Assembly (NCBI GenBank): GCA_016748015.1
Contig: JAAOMT010000647.1
Location: 252,880-316,879, forward strand
DNA length: 64,000 nucleotides
Direction of reading: 5' to 3'
Source of the DNA: Geosiphon pyriformis uo1
Taxonomy: Eukaryota > Fungi > Glomeromycota
In this document: in pieces, positions 13,583-26,189 of the stretch
How positions within the stretch are numbered: position 1 is the first letter of the stretch
Layout: every line of letters starts with the position of its first letter
Program-made: the position numbers and the translations under genes
The notes under the pieces: model-generated
What the model saw: only the letters and a program-made list of their open reading frames with translations
What the model was told of the DNA's origin: nothing
Database searches by the model: none

Positions 13583-14502
13583 TGTTACAAGTGATTATTT
13601 GGGGCCTTAAATCAAATAACAAACCCATAACTTGGTGCTTAAAAGCTATTTACATTGATAATAGTCTGAAGGTTTTGTGATCTGAAGATTTTGGTTGATG
13701 AGTCTTTTGTATAATGAACAGAGATTCAATAGTAATAGTATTGGTAATTTCTTTTTAGTTGCTTCCCAATTTCTTTTTCAGCTTAATGGCCAGATTTATT
13801 CTGGCAGTTGTGCCCTTCTGGTAAGCTAACTATTAATATATATATATAATATTATCTTTATTTCTGAGTCTTTTATTAGGCTATCCATGATGTTAGTAAC
13901 TCAACACTTTAATCTCTTAATCAATTAGTATACAACAACAAAAATCAAAAAAAAAAAAAAGAAAAAAAAATAAAGAAAATAAAATGAATTAAGCCAAGAT
14001 GATAAACAAGTTAGTATTCTGTCAATAGCTGTGATTAAGAGCTATTGTTCTAGTGTGGTTAAGTATCAGTAACTATCAACATGGAATGTTGATAGTGGAA
14101 GTCAGTTGGAGATAACAAATAATTATTTATTAAATAATTGTGATTTGGAAGATTGCTTAAATTAAATCTAAACTGGAAGGTCTCGAAAATTCTAATAATT
14201 ATGACTTGTGAGTCTAATTAACTCTGAGAGTCCTACTGACTCTGAAAGTCTAATTTTCTAGTTTCTGATACTATTACTATATATACATAATTTGGGTTCT
14301 ACAAGATTGCTTACATTCTTGAACAATATGCTATGAATTCTCAAACAATGCTCTACATGACTGAGCAATATGTCATAATTTCTGACATTGCTCCACATTG
14401 CTGAGTAATGTGCCCATGTGTTAACTACTATTCTTCTATTGATTTAATTTTTCTCTTTGTTTTCTTTACTATTTTCTTGTATTTAGTTTTCTATGAGTAA
14501 CA
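13583..14502 (-). mobile_element. Solo LTR (Gypsy-1-like R/U5, different U3) inserted antisense in Gypsy-1 pol
   Basis: Runs TGTTACAAG...GAGTAACA. TSD ATGG/GTGG. Removal restores the host frame CIDCGKKLS. Confidence 0.9.
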
Positions 14503-14812
14503 GTGGTAAGAAATTGTCATTAATGAGTGCATATTATGGCAACAATGAGGAATACTTTACAGCAACCAAATTCTACTGTTGCTTATGCATACTAGAACAT
14601 TTTGGAAGACCAATACAAGTTAAAAAATGGGATAATGAACCATGTTTGGCTTGTAAAAAAACCCTATTGAATGAAGGAATGTGGAACAATATTCCTGGAT
14701 GAGGAGAAATCTATAATGAATTGTGTCAATACACAATTTTAATCAATGACTGGGTTAGAAAAAAAACACCAATAGAAGCTACTTGGAGAAGAGCAGTAAA
14801 ACATTTAGACAG

Positions 14813-15780
14813 TATTATGAATAAACTTAGTGAAATAAGGAAATAGTAATGTTTGGTGTTCTTAATTATTGGTAATACATTTTCTGTATAATTCTGTTGG
14901 CTTAATCTTAATTATTAGTTTCTGAAGGTCTATTTCTGGATGTGAATTTACCTATTGAGTTTTTTGGTTATAAGACACAGAGTTTGTTTTTTGTCAATTA
15001 CAACATTTTTCGTAAATGTAAGCTTTTTTCTTTAAGCTAATGAGTACAGTCATTAGGGTCTGGCATTGTCTTTTCGCCCTTTTGGTAAGCTAACAAGATA
15101 ACATTAATATCCAAAACCTAGAAGGAGCCTCTTTCTTTTACCAGACTATCACAAAGTCTATTCTCAGACAGTTGATTTTATTATGTTGTCACTTTACAAA
15201 AAAAAATAAAGAAAAAAAAGAAAAGAAAAAAAAGAAAAAAAAGAAAAGAAAAGAAAGAAAAGAAAAGAAAAGAAAAGAAAAAATAAATTAGTATTGTCAA
15301 TTGTTATAATCAAGAGTGATTGGTCCAAATTGTTAATAATTTGAGGTGGTTATGCTAAGAATATCTGTCCTGAAATAAAGGTACAAAACAATGGTTAATT
15401 CATGTAAATTTCACAAAAGTTCAAGAACATGAATTCATAATTCTGATTTCTTAATAATTAATTTATTTCAGAAGATAAATATGAAATATAATAAATGATG
15501 ACAGAATATGAATATTTGATTCTTGTCTAGTAGTTTGTATCTCTCTGTTTTTTTTTACCTTTTATGACTACTCGTTTTTATACATTTTTTTGGTTTTACA
15601 GGATTGCTTTTGATTGCTTTACTATTGCTAGCTATTGTTTTGTTATTGTTAGCTATTGCTCATTATTGCTAGCTATTGCTTGTTTCTGTTTTATGTTACT
15701 TCAAGTTGTAACACATCCTTTTTATCACATTTTTTTGTTACATTTTTCTATAGCTTTTTGGTTTTTCTACTCAGGTAACA
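14813..15780 (-). repeat. Gypsy-2 3' LTR
   Basis: Direct repeat of 23802-24751. Preceded on the minus strand by the purine tract AAAAAGGGAGAGAT. Confidence 0.92.
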
Positions 15781-15789
15781 TTATCTCTC

Positions 15790-16570
15790 CCTTTTTAAAA
15801 TTGAGCTCCTGCAAAATCATCTATTTCAGCCAAGTTTGTGTTTTCTATATAAAACTCAAATGTTGCTTCCAGTATTGCTTTTTGTAAAACTTCAAATTGG
15901 GTGTTTGTTATCCATCCTATGTTGTTGACCATAATAGTTTTCAGAGTTTTGTCTAGTAGTACCATTGAACAGTGTTTAAATACTGAATATAATCAATATG
16001 TTGCTTTGTAGTATAGGTTTAAGTTGTTTCTTTCCATGAATTCTTCTACTTGTCCATAGGCTTCTTTGTTAAATGTTTGATGGTTAAAATTTTTGTATGG
16101 ACTATTTAATCCTAATTGTAACCCAATTTTAAATAGCCAATAAATGAGTGGAAGTTTTTTTTTCCATTTTTTTGCATTTTTAGGTGTCTATTTTCTTGTT
16201 ACCAGCTCTAGTGTTTGCTTGTTCAAATTCTCTCTTATTTCCTTAATTTTTACCTAACACAGTTCTGTTCTTGTTACTTTCTTCTTCTTCTTAGCTATGT
16301 TAGATTCCATCTATGCCATATCTCTTTTTCTTTTTCTTTCATAGAGAGAGATTTGCTTATAGGGGTGAAACAGCTTAGTTTTAGTTGAACTTTTGTTCAC
16401 TTTTTTTTTGCTTCTATTGTTGTATTGTATCTCTTTCTTATCAATTGTGATTTCTATTTGAGTGGAAGATTGTTGAATTGTGTCAAATAGTTGTTTCAAA
16501 AGTTGTAGAATTTGATCTGAAAGATCTATGTTGAAAAGATTCTATTATTTTCTTGTTGTTTTCTGGGTGG
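15790..16570 (-). pseudogene. Gypsy-2 ORF3, unknown protein between integrase and PPT
   Basis: Translation aligns with Gypsy-1 28981-29643 (QVEEFMERNNL..KATY*L..TIMVN..ITNTQFEVLQ). Confidence 0.75.
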
Positions 16571-16612
16571 TATATATACTTGAATTTCCCAATTTAATTT
16601 GTTATGTGTTGC

Positions 16613-17979
16613 CTATGTTTTAATGACAATAATTAGTTTCAGATTTCATGGTATATTTTTTGGTCTGATTAATGAAATTTGTGTTCTTAATTGAGGTACT
16701 AATGACAATAATTCCTGTTTTGCATGATAAATTTTAACCGATTTCTATGCACTACTTTCTTTAAAATTCTGTCTTCCAATCATAATTTGTAAGCTCCATT
16801 TCCTAAAGCTTTGTGTATGTGGAATGGACCATCTCACTTTGGGTCAAACTTTTTACTCCACTGTTTCTCAGCTTTTGTATGATATAATAGTACTTGGTTT
16901 CCAATCTTGAATTCCATTAGTTGTTCTGATAAGTGATTATTATGTCTTTCTTTTTGTCATTCTTGAGCATGACTAATATTGTTAGCTGTTGTTCTTCGAT
17001 TGTTTTCTAACATTTCCATTAGCTGGTACATTTTTTGGTGTAAGATAGCTTCAAAATTCTTTTTGTTAATTGTTTCTGTTAGGTATAACAGTATCATTCA
17101 TTCAATTGGTAATGTAGCTTTTCTTCCATAGATTAGCTTAAATGATGTGAACTGAGTCATATTTTGTTTCAATATTTGGTATACAAAGAGTACAGAAGAT
17201 ATAAATAAGTTCTATTCTTGTCTGTTTTCATGACTTATTTTTGCTAGTGCTTCACATAGTGTTTGGTTAAATTGTTCTACCAGTCTATTCATTTGTGAGT
17301 GATATGGTGACAATAAAGGTTACTTTATTTTAAATCATTGGCTTAGTTCAGTTAGTGTATTATTAATGAAATGTGTTTCCTAATCAGATAATAATTTTTT
17401 TGGACATATATGTCAGCAAATTAGGTCTTAATACACAAATTTGGCTACTGTTTTTGTGTTGGCCATTTGAATTGCTTTGGCTTCTGGCTATTTTGTAAAA
17501 TAATCTACTACTATTATGATGTAATAATTTTCTTTAGATGTTATGGAGAGAGAACCAACCAAATCAATCCCAATTCTATCAAATGGATTTCCAACTGGAA
17601 TGAGTCAAAGTAGTTCTGTTGATTTTGTTCCTCCTTTTTGCTAACATAAGTCACAATTGAACATATATTTGAAAATGTTTTTGTATATCATTGGGCAATA
17701 GTATAAATTTAGTGTTTTTTCAAAGGTAGCATTTTTGTTAAAGTGTTCTGCAGTCAGATCTGAGTGTATGCTATATAATATAGTTTTTTTTTCGCTGTCT
17801 TTAATTAGTTATTGTGGGGTGGGATGGTTTCAGCATTCTCATTGATATAGTTGGTTGTCTTGAATAAAATAATTTCAGACTTGTTTTTATATAGTACTTT
17901 GTTGTTGTTAAAATAATATCTCCTTAAAATGTAGTGTTGATAGATACTAATGTAGTCATTGATAAGTGAATGTGTCCAT
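16613..17979 (-). pseudogene. Gypsy-2 integrase (own ATG; HHCC, DDE, GPF/SH3-like tail, no chromodomain)
   Basis: Starts MDTFTYQ. Contains HSDLTAEHF, IGIDLVG, LSD, LVEQFN, and DGPFHIHKALGNGAYKL. Confidence 0.85.
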
Positions 17980-17989
17980 GGGTCTGGGA

Positions 17990-19330
17990 TTAGGTTTGTA
18001 ACATTCTCGACAAACTGTTAGTATTGGTGTTCTTAGATTCTTCTTTGTAATGAACTTTGAGTAAGAATTGTTACAGATAAGTATTCTATCTTGCATATTT
18101 TTCTTCTAGTTGTGGATTATTGAGTAACCAAATAAGTCCTTTGTGATTAGTATATAGATTAAATAATTAATTAAAATAATATTTCCACATCTGTACTATC
18201 CAATAGATGGCAAGACATTCCAAATTGGTTGTGTTGTAATTTTTTTCCACTGGGCTAGTGCTGCGACTGGTGTAGGCAATTGGATGTTCTCTATTGTTTG
18301 GTTCTATTTATGATAAGACTGCTCCTAGAGCATTTTTTAAGGCGTTTATAGTAACAATAAACTATTTAGTGAAATTTGGATAGATCAATATGGGGAAGGT
18401 GATCAATTACTGCTTGAGATAGTCAAATGCTTTTTTTTGATCTTTTTTTCACAAGTACAGTACATATTTAGACAACAAGTGATGAAGTGGTTTTGTGATA
18501 TTTGAAAAACCTTTGACAAATCAACAATAATATTCTGCCAATTCTAAAAATTCTCATAATTCTTTGAGGTTGATTGAAACTGGAAAATTCTTGATTTTTT
18601 GGATCTTATCTGAATCAGGTTTGACTCTGTTTTTGCCAATTACATGTCCTAGAAACTTTAACTCAGTTTTTCCAAAGAAGCATTTATTGGGATTAAGTTT
18701 CAATTTGGCACTATGAAAGTGTTCGAAGACTTGTTACAGGTGAAGCATATAGTTGTTGAATGTTTCAGAGAACATGTTTGTGTCATTTAGATAGACTACT
18801 ATTGATTTCCAAAGAATTCCTTTATATACTACATCTATCAGGCATTGAAAAGTGGTAGGAGCATTACAAAGTCCAAAAGACATTATATTAAACTCAAAGT
18901 TTCTATCTTGAGTAATAAATGCTGTTTTTTTTTTGTCTTTGGGATCTATTTTAACTTGCCAATATTCACTGACTAAATCTAAAGATGAGAACTATTTCTT
19001 GTTTTCTAAATTGTCCAGAATTTTTTGAATGAGAAAAGTAGGATAACTATCTTCTTGAGTAATAATGTTTAGTTTTCTATAGTATATACAGAATTGTACT
19101 TTTCCGTTTTTCTTAGTAATTAAGACTATTGGAGAGAACCAAAAGCTTAATAATTCTTTGATTAAGCTGTTATCAAGCATCTGTTGTATTTCTTGCTTAA
19201 TTAAATTATTGCTAGATAGAAATACTCAGTAAGCTTGTTACTTAATAGATCGAGCATCTCCTGTATCAATCTGATGCTTCACAATGTCGGTGTGTTCAAA
19301 TTTATTTTTGCTGGCAAAAACATTAGCATA
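17990..19330 (-). pseudogene. Gypsy-2 reverse transcriptase and RNase H
   Basis: WFSPIVLITKKNGKVQFCIYYRKLN, FGLCNAPTTFQ, VYLNDT (decayed YLDD), IAYTSRS. Ends NSLSRMLQT-stop. Confidence 0.88.
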
Positions 19331-19799
19331 TTGATTCAAGAGAACTTTAAGTTGTATTTGCTGCAGGATACTTAAGTTTCCTAAATTTAATTGTTAATCT
19401 CTTCTGGTGTAAACAAGTAACTTTTTTTTGGCAAATTTCATACTTGCAAGGTAATGTCACAGAATAAGAATAATTGTGTAAAATTTATAATAGACTGGAG
19501 TTATTTGGAATTTTGAATATCTGCAGATATGGAACTGACGAGGATTTTTTTAAGAATTTCTATAATATCTTCAGTCAGATTGTAAATAGGGATTTTGAAA
19601 TGTTTATGAATCTTTACTGGTAAATATAAGTTAGCAACATCAGCTAAAAAACAGATTTCAGGATTGGCTTCAAATAACAGGGCTTGATTTTGAATCTTTT
19701 AATTCACTTTAAGGATGTATTGTCAGTAAGGGGGGATAAAAATGACTGTGTTGGTGTAGATAAATTCTATCTGGTTACTGTCTTCCTCCATAAAGTTGA

Positions 19800-20250
19800 T
19801 GGGTACATTTCCTCTTCTACTTGATCTAAACCCATTAATTCCTCTGATGGTAAGGCTTAATTTTTTGTGGGTCATTACTGGGATTAATTGTGGTATTTTT
19901 ATTAAGGACAGAAAGATAACTTGGGCTATCTTTTTATGTAATTCTATTTTGTAGGATTTATCTGAATTGTTCTGTAACATCACAATGATGTTTTCTATGT
20001 AATTGGCATCAATGATTCCTCCTTTTACGTCGATTTTTTTCTTGGCTAGACTAGATCGAAAGGCAACTTGTACCATTGTACTAACAGGAATTTCTAATGC
20101 TTTTTTAAGATCTATTTTTACAAAAGAATGTGGAGCTATAATAATAGATGATTGTCTGGGATATTGTAGATCAAAACCAGCATCAGTGTTATGCACTCTT
20201 TCAGGACAGATTCCTTCCTTGTTGTCACTGTACCATTTTAGCTTTAATTC
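19800..20250 (-). pseudogene. Gypsy-2 dUTPase domain
   Basis: Five trimeric dUTPase motifs in ORF 19723-20271: AGFDL, RSSLA, GIIDANY, KIAQ, RGINGF(R)SS. Confidence 0.9.
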
Positions 20251-21199
20251 TTTGGATAAGTTGGAATACACAAGATACTGTTCTGTTTTGGTATTCTCAG
20301 TTGAATCTTAAAATGACATGTTCTCAACAATCAATTTTTCTTCTTCCTTGGATTTAGGTAGTTCAGTGATTAGAAACAGTATTCTTAAAGGCAGATTAAA
20401 CATGAAATCATATTCATCACAGTACTGGAAATAACAAGGAATTAAACAATAATTACACAGTTTGGTATTTAAGTCAACTAGTCTCTGTTCCTGTTTTTTT
20501 TGGGTTGGGACCAATTCTTGGTAACAATCCTAAAATGCATCTGAGTTATTAGTGAAAAAATTTTTAATAATGTAATCAGATTCATTGTATTTGAATACAA
20601 ATAAATTTTCTTTGATTTTTCATATTTCACTGAGTGTGGCACCTTCAGCTTTAGCACTGGCTATTTTCCATATTTTGTGCTTGTTTCCAGGTATTCTCAA
20701 TCAGAGTTCTTTTTTGTACTCAATTATTGATCAAGATGGTATATTGACACACTTCATTGTATGTCCCTCCTCTGCCAGATACATTATTCCAGAATTTTTC
20801 ATTTGGTAGGATCTTGTCACAGGCAAGACATAATGTATTGTCCTATTTGCCTTGTTGTTTTGGTTTTTTAAATCTTTTTATTACATATGGTCTACAATAG
20901 TATTTTGTGGCAGTTGACCATTCTTTATCATCTCTTATACACATGCCCATAGAAGATAACTTTTTCCCACAGTCAACACAAATTAATTTCAGAATTTGAT
21001 ACTATTGACTTTCTTGCCTTGGAGCAGAATAGTTTGCAGGTGCTATTTATAGTTCTTTTTCTGCTTTTTTTTTTCTCTTTTCTTCCCAAGTTGGTAGTAG
21101 GGATAACTCTGTTCAGAAATTATCTGCCCATGAAACTTGATAGGCTTTTAGAGTTGGTAGTGATAGAGTATCTTTGAATTCAATCAATGGTTGTTCTGA

Positions 21200-23740
21200 G
21201 CCTTGGGTTTTAAAGTGTCTGCATGTAGCCAATACTTGTGCATACTGTCTATTGAAGGTGATCTGAAGTTCCTGAATATTCCAGTTGAGGATGGCATTGG
21301 CTTTGACTAACCAGTCGTTTTCAATGAGGACTTGATATTGTGTGGTTTCTATAATCAGTACTTTGGTGGAAATCTGAATTCCATTGATCTCAAAAGGGAA
21401 ATTGTCAATTTTTTCGATTGAAGTCTTGATATTGCCATTAGCAGTAATAATTTAGGCAGTTGTAGTATGATCTACTTGGTGACCTAATTGATTCATGAAT
21501 TGTTTTGTGATTATACTGCCTGCTGAACCACTGTCTAAAATTAACTTAATATCTATGTTTCCAACTCTAGCATTAGTATATAGAGCTGTGATTGGTTTAT
21601 TCTGATTAATGATGGCTCTACTGAAAAGACTAGTAGTGTTTAGGTGGTTAATATTGAAAGGAAATATAGTGGCAAGGGTGGTGTTTTCAGTAATAATGGT
21701 GGGTGGAATGGTATTGTTGGTTTGATTTCACCTTAAAAGGTTGGGAGTTTTTTCTACATCCTTTTCTTTTAAAGGTGTAGAGCTATAAAAATTCTGATTT
21801 TCAGTAAGACCAAAATATAAAGCTTGGTTAGAGTATCTGATTGGTGTTGGTCGAAATGGGGTATTACTATAATTTAGGGATTGTAATGGTACATTGTTAG
21901 TCAGCTTTTGATTGTTGCTGGAGTTCCTCTATCTTTGGTTGTAATCAATTACACAATATCTAATAGAATTTTGGTATTGGAGTGCTGCTTGAGCCATTGG
22001 CTGTAATAATTGATAGTAGGTTTAAGATAGTTGCTGGATATATTGAATTTGTTGTGAGTATTGAGGTGGTTAATATTGAGACATAGGATATTGAAATACC
22101 ATGTTTTGAGGGTATTTCAGGTGCTAATATTGATTTCCTTGATTTTTGTTCACTACTTTCTTATGGCAATCTTGGATGATGTGTTCAGATTTTTTTGCAA
22201 TAGTAACAATTGCAAAGATTGGATCTCCAAGGTTGTTGTTGTTGCTGGTAATTCTGTTGTTGTTGGTATCTGTTATTATTACTATCTCTTTATTGTAGTG
22301 GCTGATAGAGTTCTATGGTACTGGTTAAAAATCTCTCAATTTTCTGAGTTAATTTTTTACTTAATTGAGTTATTTTTGTGTTGATATTGGATGTTCTATT
22401 GATAGCCAAATTAACAGCTTGAATATGATTAGCTTTTTGCTCTGCTGACTCAAAGTTATGAGCAAAAGTAATTGCTTCTTATAGGTTTGTTGGGTGGCAG
22501 AGTCTTACAGATTGAAAAAGACTGCTTTTTAATTCTTTAACAAATTGATTAAAAATTTATGCCACAGTGTAGTAGTCCCTTTCAATGGCCTGGATTTGAC
22601 AAAAGATTTGGTTAAATCATCCAAGATAAGTAGTTACTGTTTCATGGTCTTTTTGTTTTATGATACTGAACTGATTTTGTAATTTGATAAGAGTATTGGA
22701 GTCACAAAAATATTGCAGAAAGGCAAATTTAAAGGTGGCAAAGTCGGTTGGTTTCTCTGCAAGGCTTTGATACCATAAGTTTGCAATTCTGGTCAGAAAA
22801 AATGACAACACTTGAATGGCTCTATCATCATTCCAATTGTTAACAGTAATAGTTTTCTTGGCTTCCATGATCCATATATATGCATTATCTTCTTCACCAG
22901 AGAATTTCTCTAATTTGGCAATATCTTGGTAAGCCATAATCTGGTAAATAGGTGGAGTTTTACTGATTGATACTGAGAGGTTTGGTGTTTACATGCTAGA
23001 GTGTTCTCCTGGTGCTAATTCTGGTTGTTTCTTTTTGTTAATTTTCCCAATAAGCTGGAGAATAGCTGTTTCTTTAAAGGAGATAGTTGTGATTCAGTCA
23101 AGGGTTGGGTTGGCAGTGGTTCCCACATCAATGTATTTCTGTCTGTTTTGTTAATTATTGGGGTGAGATTTCCAAACAACAATCCATATTTTCTTAATAA
23201 TTTGGTCCAACTGTGTTGATTCCAAGGGTGTAAATTTTCAGGAGTTTGTGGTGTTTCTAACTGGGTTTCTGGGGGTGGGTTGAATACAATTCTACTTTGG
23301 GGTGTCTGATAGTATAATGGAGTTGTTGGAGAAAGGAACCTTGGTTTCTTGTTGACCATGGACTTGGCTTGGGCAGTTGTGAGGTTGTTGGATTTGTTTT
23401 TGTATTTCTCAGGGTTGGATTCCACTAGTTGTTGTACTTGAGAGAATTGTTTTGCCATGTAATATTTAATGTCTATATTGATTATGCACAAAGTTTTAGC
23501 AATTGCTTGGGTAGTTGTGGCTGTTGAGTATCCTAATAAGCTTTGATAGATTTGTTCTTCCAGTCTTTCTGTGTTGGTTGCGTGGTCTAATAAGCAGTCA
23601 ATTTTTGCATTAATATAGTTACAAAAATCACTTTCTGCATAAGCAGTTTTTGCTGGTATTCTTAGGTCTTTTTGAAAGTATTGAAATAATGCTCTTTCAT
23701 ATGAGGAGTGGTTTTTTCCTACTGTTTTAATAGTTGCCAC
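21200..23740 (-). pseudogene. Gypsy-2 gag and protease
   Basis: ORFs 23015-23740 and 22617-22937 (capsid-like), a CYYC..H...C knuckle at ~22200, and the DSG protease motif at ~21530. Confidence 0.85.
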
Positions 23741-23782
23741 TTTTGTGAGTTTCTGGGATGCTCTGTTTCTGTGGATTTATAA

Positions 23783-23799
23783 CCTCACAGGGAGCACCA
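23783..23799 (-). promoter_or_regulatory. Gypsy-2 primer binding site
   Basis: TGGTGCTCCCTGTGAGG on the minus strand, 2 nt from the LTR end. Confidence 0.82.
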
Positions 23800-23801
23800 A
23801 A

Positions 23802-24185
23802 TGTTATGAGTAAACTTGGTAGAATAGAAAAATGATAACATTTGATGCTCTCAATTATTGGTGATATGTCTTCTATGTAATTCTGTTGGCTCAATCTTAA
23901 TTATTAGTCTCTAAAAGTCTATTCTTGGATGTGAATTTACCTATTGAGTTTTTTGGTTATAAGGCACAGAGTTTGTCTTTCATCAATTGCAATGTTTTCT
24001 GTAAATATGAGCTTTTTTTTTTGAGCTAACAAGCGCAGCCATTAGGATCTGGCATTGTCTTTTCACCTTTCTGGTAAGCTAACAAGATAACATTAATATT
24101 CAAAACCTAGGAGGAGCCTCCTTCTTTTACCAGACTATTACAAAGTCTATTCTCAGACAATTGATTTTACTATGTTGCTGCTCCA

Positions 24186-24234
<49 letters not shown>

Positions 24235-24751
24235 TAAATTAGTATCATCAATTGCTGTGATCAAGAGCAATTGGTCCAAATCATTAATAGTTCGAGACAG
24301 CTATGCTAAGAGCATCTGTTTTAGAACAAAGATATGAAACAATAGTTAATTCACATAAATTTCACAAAAATTTGAGAACATGAATTTGTGATTCTGATTT
24401 CTTAATAATTAATTTATTTTAGAAGATGAATATGGAATATAATAAATGATAACAGGGTATGGATATTTGATTTTTGTATAGTGGTTCATATCTTTTTGTC
24501 TTTTTCTACCTTCTATGACTACTCATTTTTATATATTTTTTTGGTTTTATAGGATTGCTTTTGATTGTTTCACTATTGCTAGTTATTGTTTTGTTATTGC
24601 TAGCTATTGCTCATTATTGCTAGCTATTGCTTGTTATTGCCAGCTATTGCTCATTTTTGTCTTATGTTATTTCAAGTTGTAATGTGTTCTTTTTGTTATG
24701 TTTCTTTGTTACATTTTTCCATAGCTTTTTGGTTTTTCTACTTGGGTAACA
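23802..24751 (-). repeat. Gypsy-2 5' LTR
   Basis: Intact TGTTA...TAACA termini, an internal long A run (24187-24232), and CTATTGCTAG-type tandem repeats in U3. Confidence 0.93.
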
Positions 24752-25284
24752 ATGGTTGTCCACATGATAATGACAAAATTTAGTGAATGGCACTTGCCAA
24801 AATTGAAGAAGCATCACCAGAAGAAATAAAAACAATTAAAAACAACTCACTGGAATTCATAAAACTTGACTGAAGCCCAAATCCAGATATTGTCCTAGAG
24901 TCTATGAACCCAGAACAATTTCATAAACACTACTAAGAATTGGCACCCACTTGAGAAGAACAAGAGCAATGATTGGAAAAAATAAACACCCAATTATGTG
25001 ATTATTGTTTAATTTTATATGATTTTTAATATTATAATAAGTGTGACTTTATTTACAATCCACCACCATGCATAATCTATATGATTTTAGAGGAAAAGAA
25101 ACCAATCAATAGCTGCACATCAGAATCAGAATCAACTTTTAATCCCAATTCAAACTCTGACAATGATGATGATGAAAACAATGGTTCCAGCTCTATGCAA
25201 ATTGGCAATAACAATAATAACAATTCAAATTCAAATTTAAACTCCAAACAATACATCATGCTCTTTGATCTTACCAAGGAGCAG

Positions 25285-25715
25285 GAACTGAAATGGTTCA
25301 GTAATAATGATAAAGATATCATGCCAGAACATGTGTATAATATTAATGCAGGATTTGATCTAAGATATCCAGAAAAAGAAGCCATCAAATTAGAACCAAA
25401 TTCACTTACTTACATTAATCTTAAAATAGCACTGGAAATTCTAGCAACAATGATGGTCAATTAACATCTAGGAGTAGTTTAGCAAAAAAAAGAATCAACA
25501 TTAGAGGAAGAATAATTGATACAGAATACATAGGAAATATCAATACTATACTATAAAATAATTCTAAAAAGGCCTATATAATAGAGCCAAATAAAAAGAT
25601 AACACAGGTAATATTCCTACCTCTGATACAAATAACTCAGTTAGTATTAATGGGAAACAGAGAAAAATTAGAGATTATAACAAGAGAGATTAAGGGATTT
25701 GGATCCATAAGTAGA
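25285..25715 (+). pseudogene. Gypsy-1 dUTPase domain
   Basis: NAGFDLRYP, SRSSLAKK, RIIDTEYIG, KKITQVIF, REIKGFGS. Confidence 0.88.
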
Positions 25716-26189
25716 ATAAATATACCAGTCAATATGGCAGAGAAAAAAGTTATTAACAAAAGAGAAATTATCTTCACCCATCAATCAATTTTCATTCCAT
25801 CATATAACCAGTATATGTTAGCCATAAAAAAAAAGTAAAGAATCAAGCTCAGTTGTTTAAAACAGAAGCCACCATTTGTGAATCAGGAAAGATTGGACTC
25901 ACTAATCTTTACATATCAGCCAAAAGTCTAAAAAACATCAAAATTTCTATTTATAACACAACTGAAAATGTTATCAAGATACTAAAAAGAATTATTATTG
26001 GATATTTAACTACTGAAGTTGAGGATCAATCACCAAACATCATTCCAGATTTTCCACAGCTTTGTGAATATGTAGACATCATATTACAAACCATTTACAG
26101 ACAAGATAAATGTTATCTGCTTTAACCAGAACAATTGGAACAGATAAACATGGAGAATCTAGACCCACTTCAATAGATGTAACTAAAGA

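Larger units (their letters stand above)
14813..24751 (-). mobile_element. Gypsy-2: full-length (9939 bp) degenerate Ty3/Gypsy element with dUTPase, nested in Gypsy-1
   Basis: LTRs at 14813-15780 and 23802-24751, PBS 23783-23799, PPT ~15783-15796. Gag MAYQDIAKLEKFSGEED, protease LILDSGSAGSII, dUTPase, RT, RNase H, integrase. TSD ACAG/ATGG; removal restores host LDGCPHD. Confidence 0.95.

Noticed and set aside
15564-15887. Hydrophobic ORFs (also 6792-7061, 22061-22384, 45130-45342) as env or membrane proteins
   Set aside because: They are antisense translations of T-rich LTR, gag or low-complexity DNA.
19800-20250. dUTPase as a direct counter-defence to the C>T hypermutation
   Set aside because: dUTPase limits dUTP incorporation and does not reverse cytosine deamination in DNA; these elements are mutated like the LINEs.
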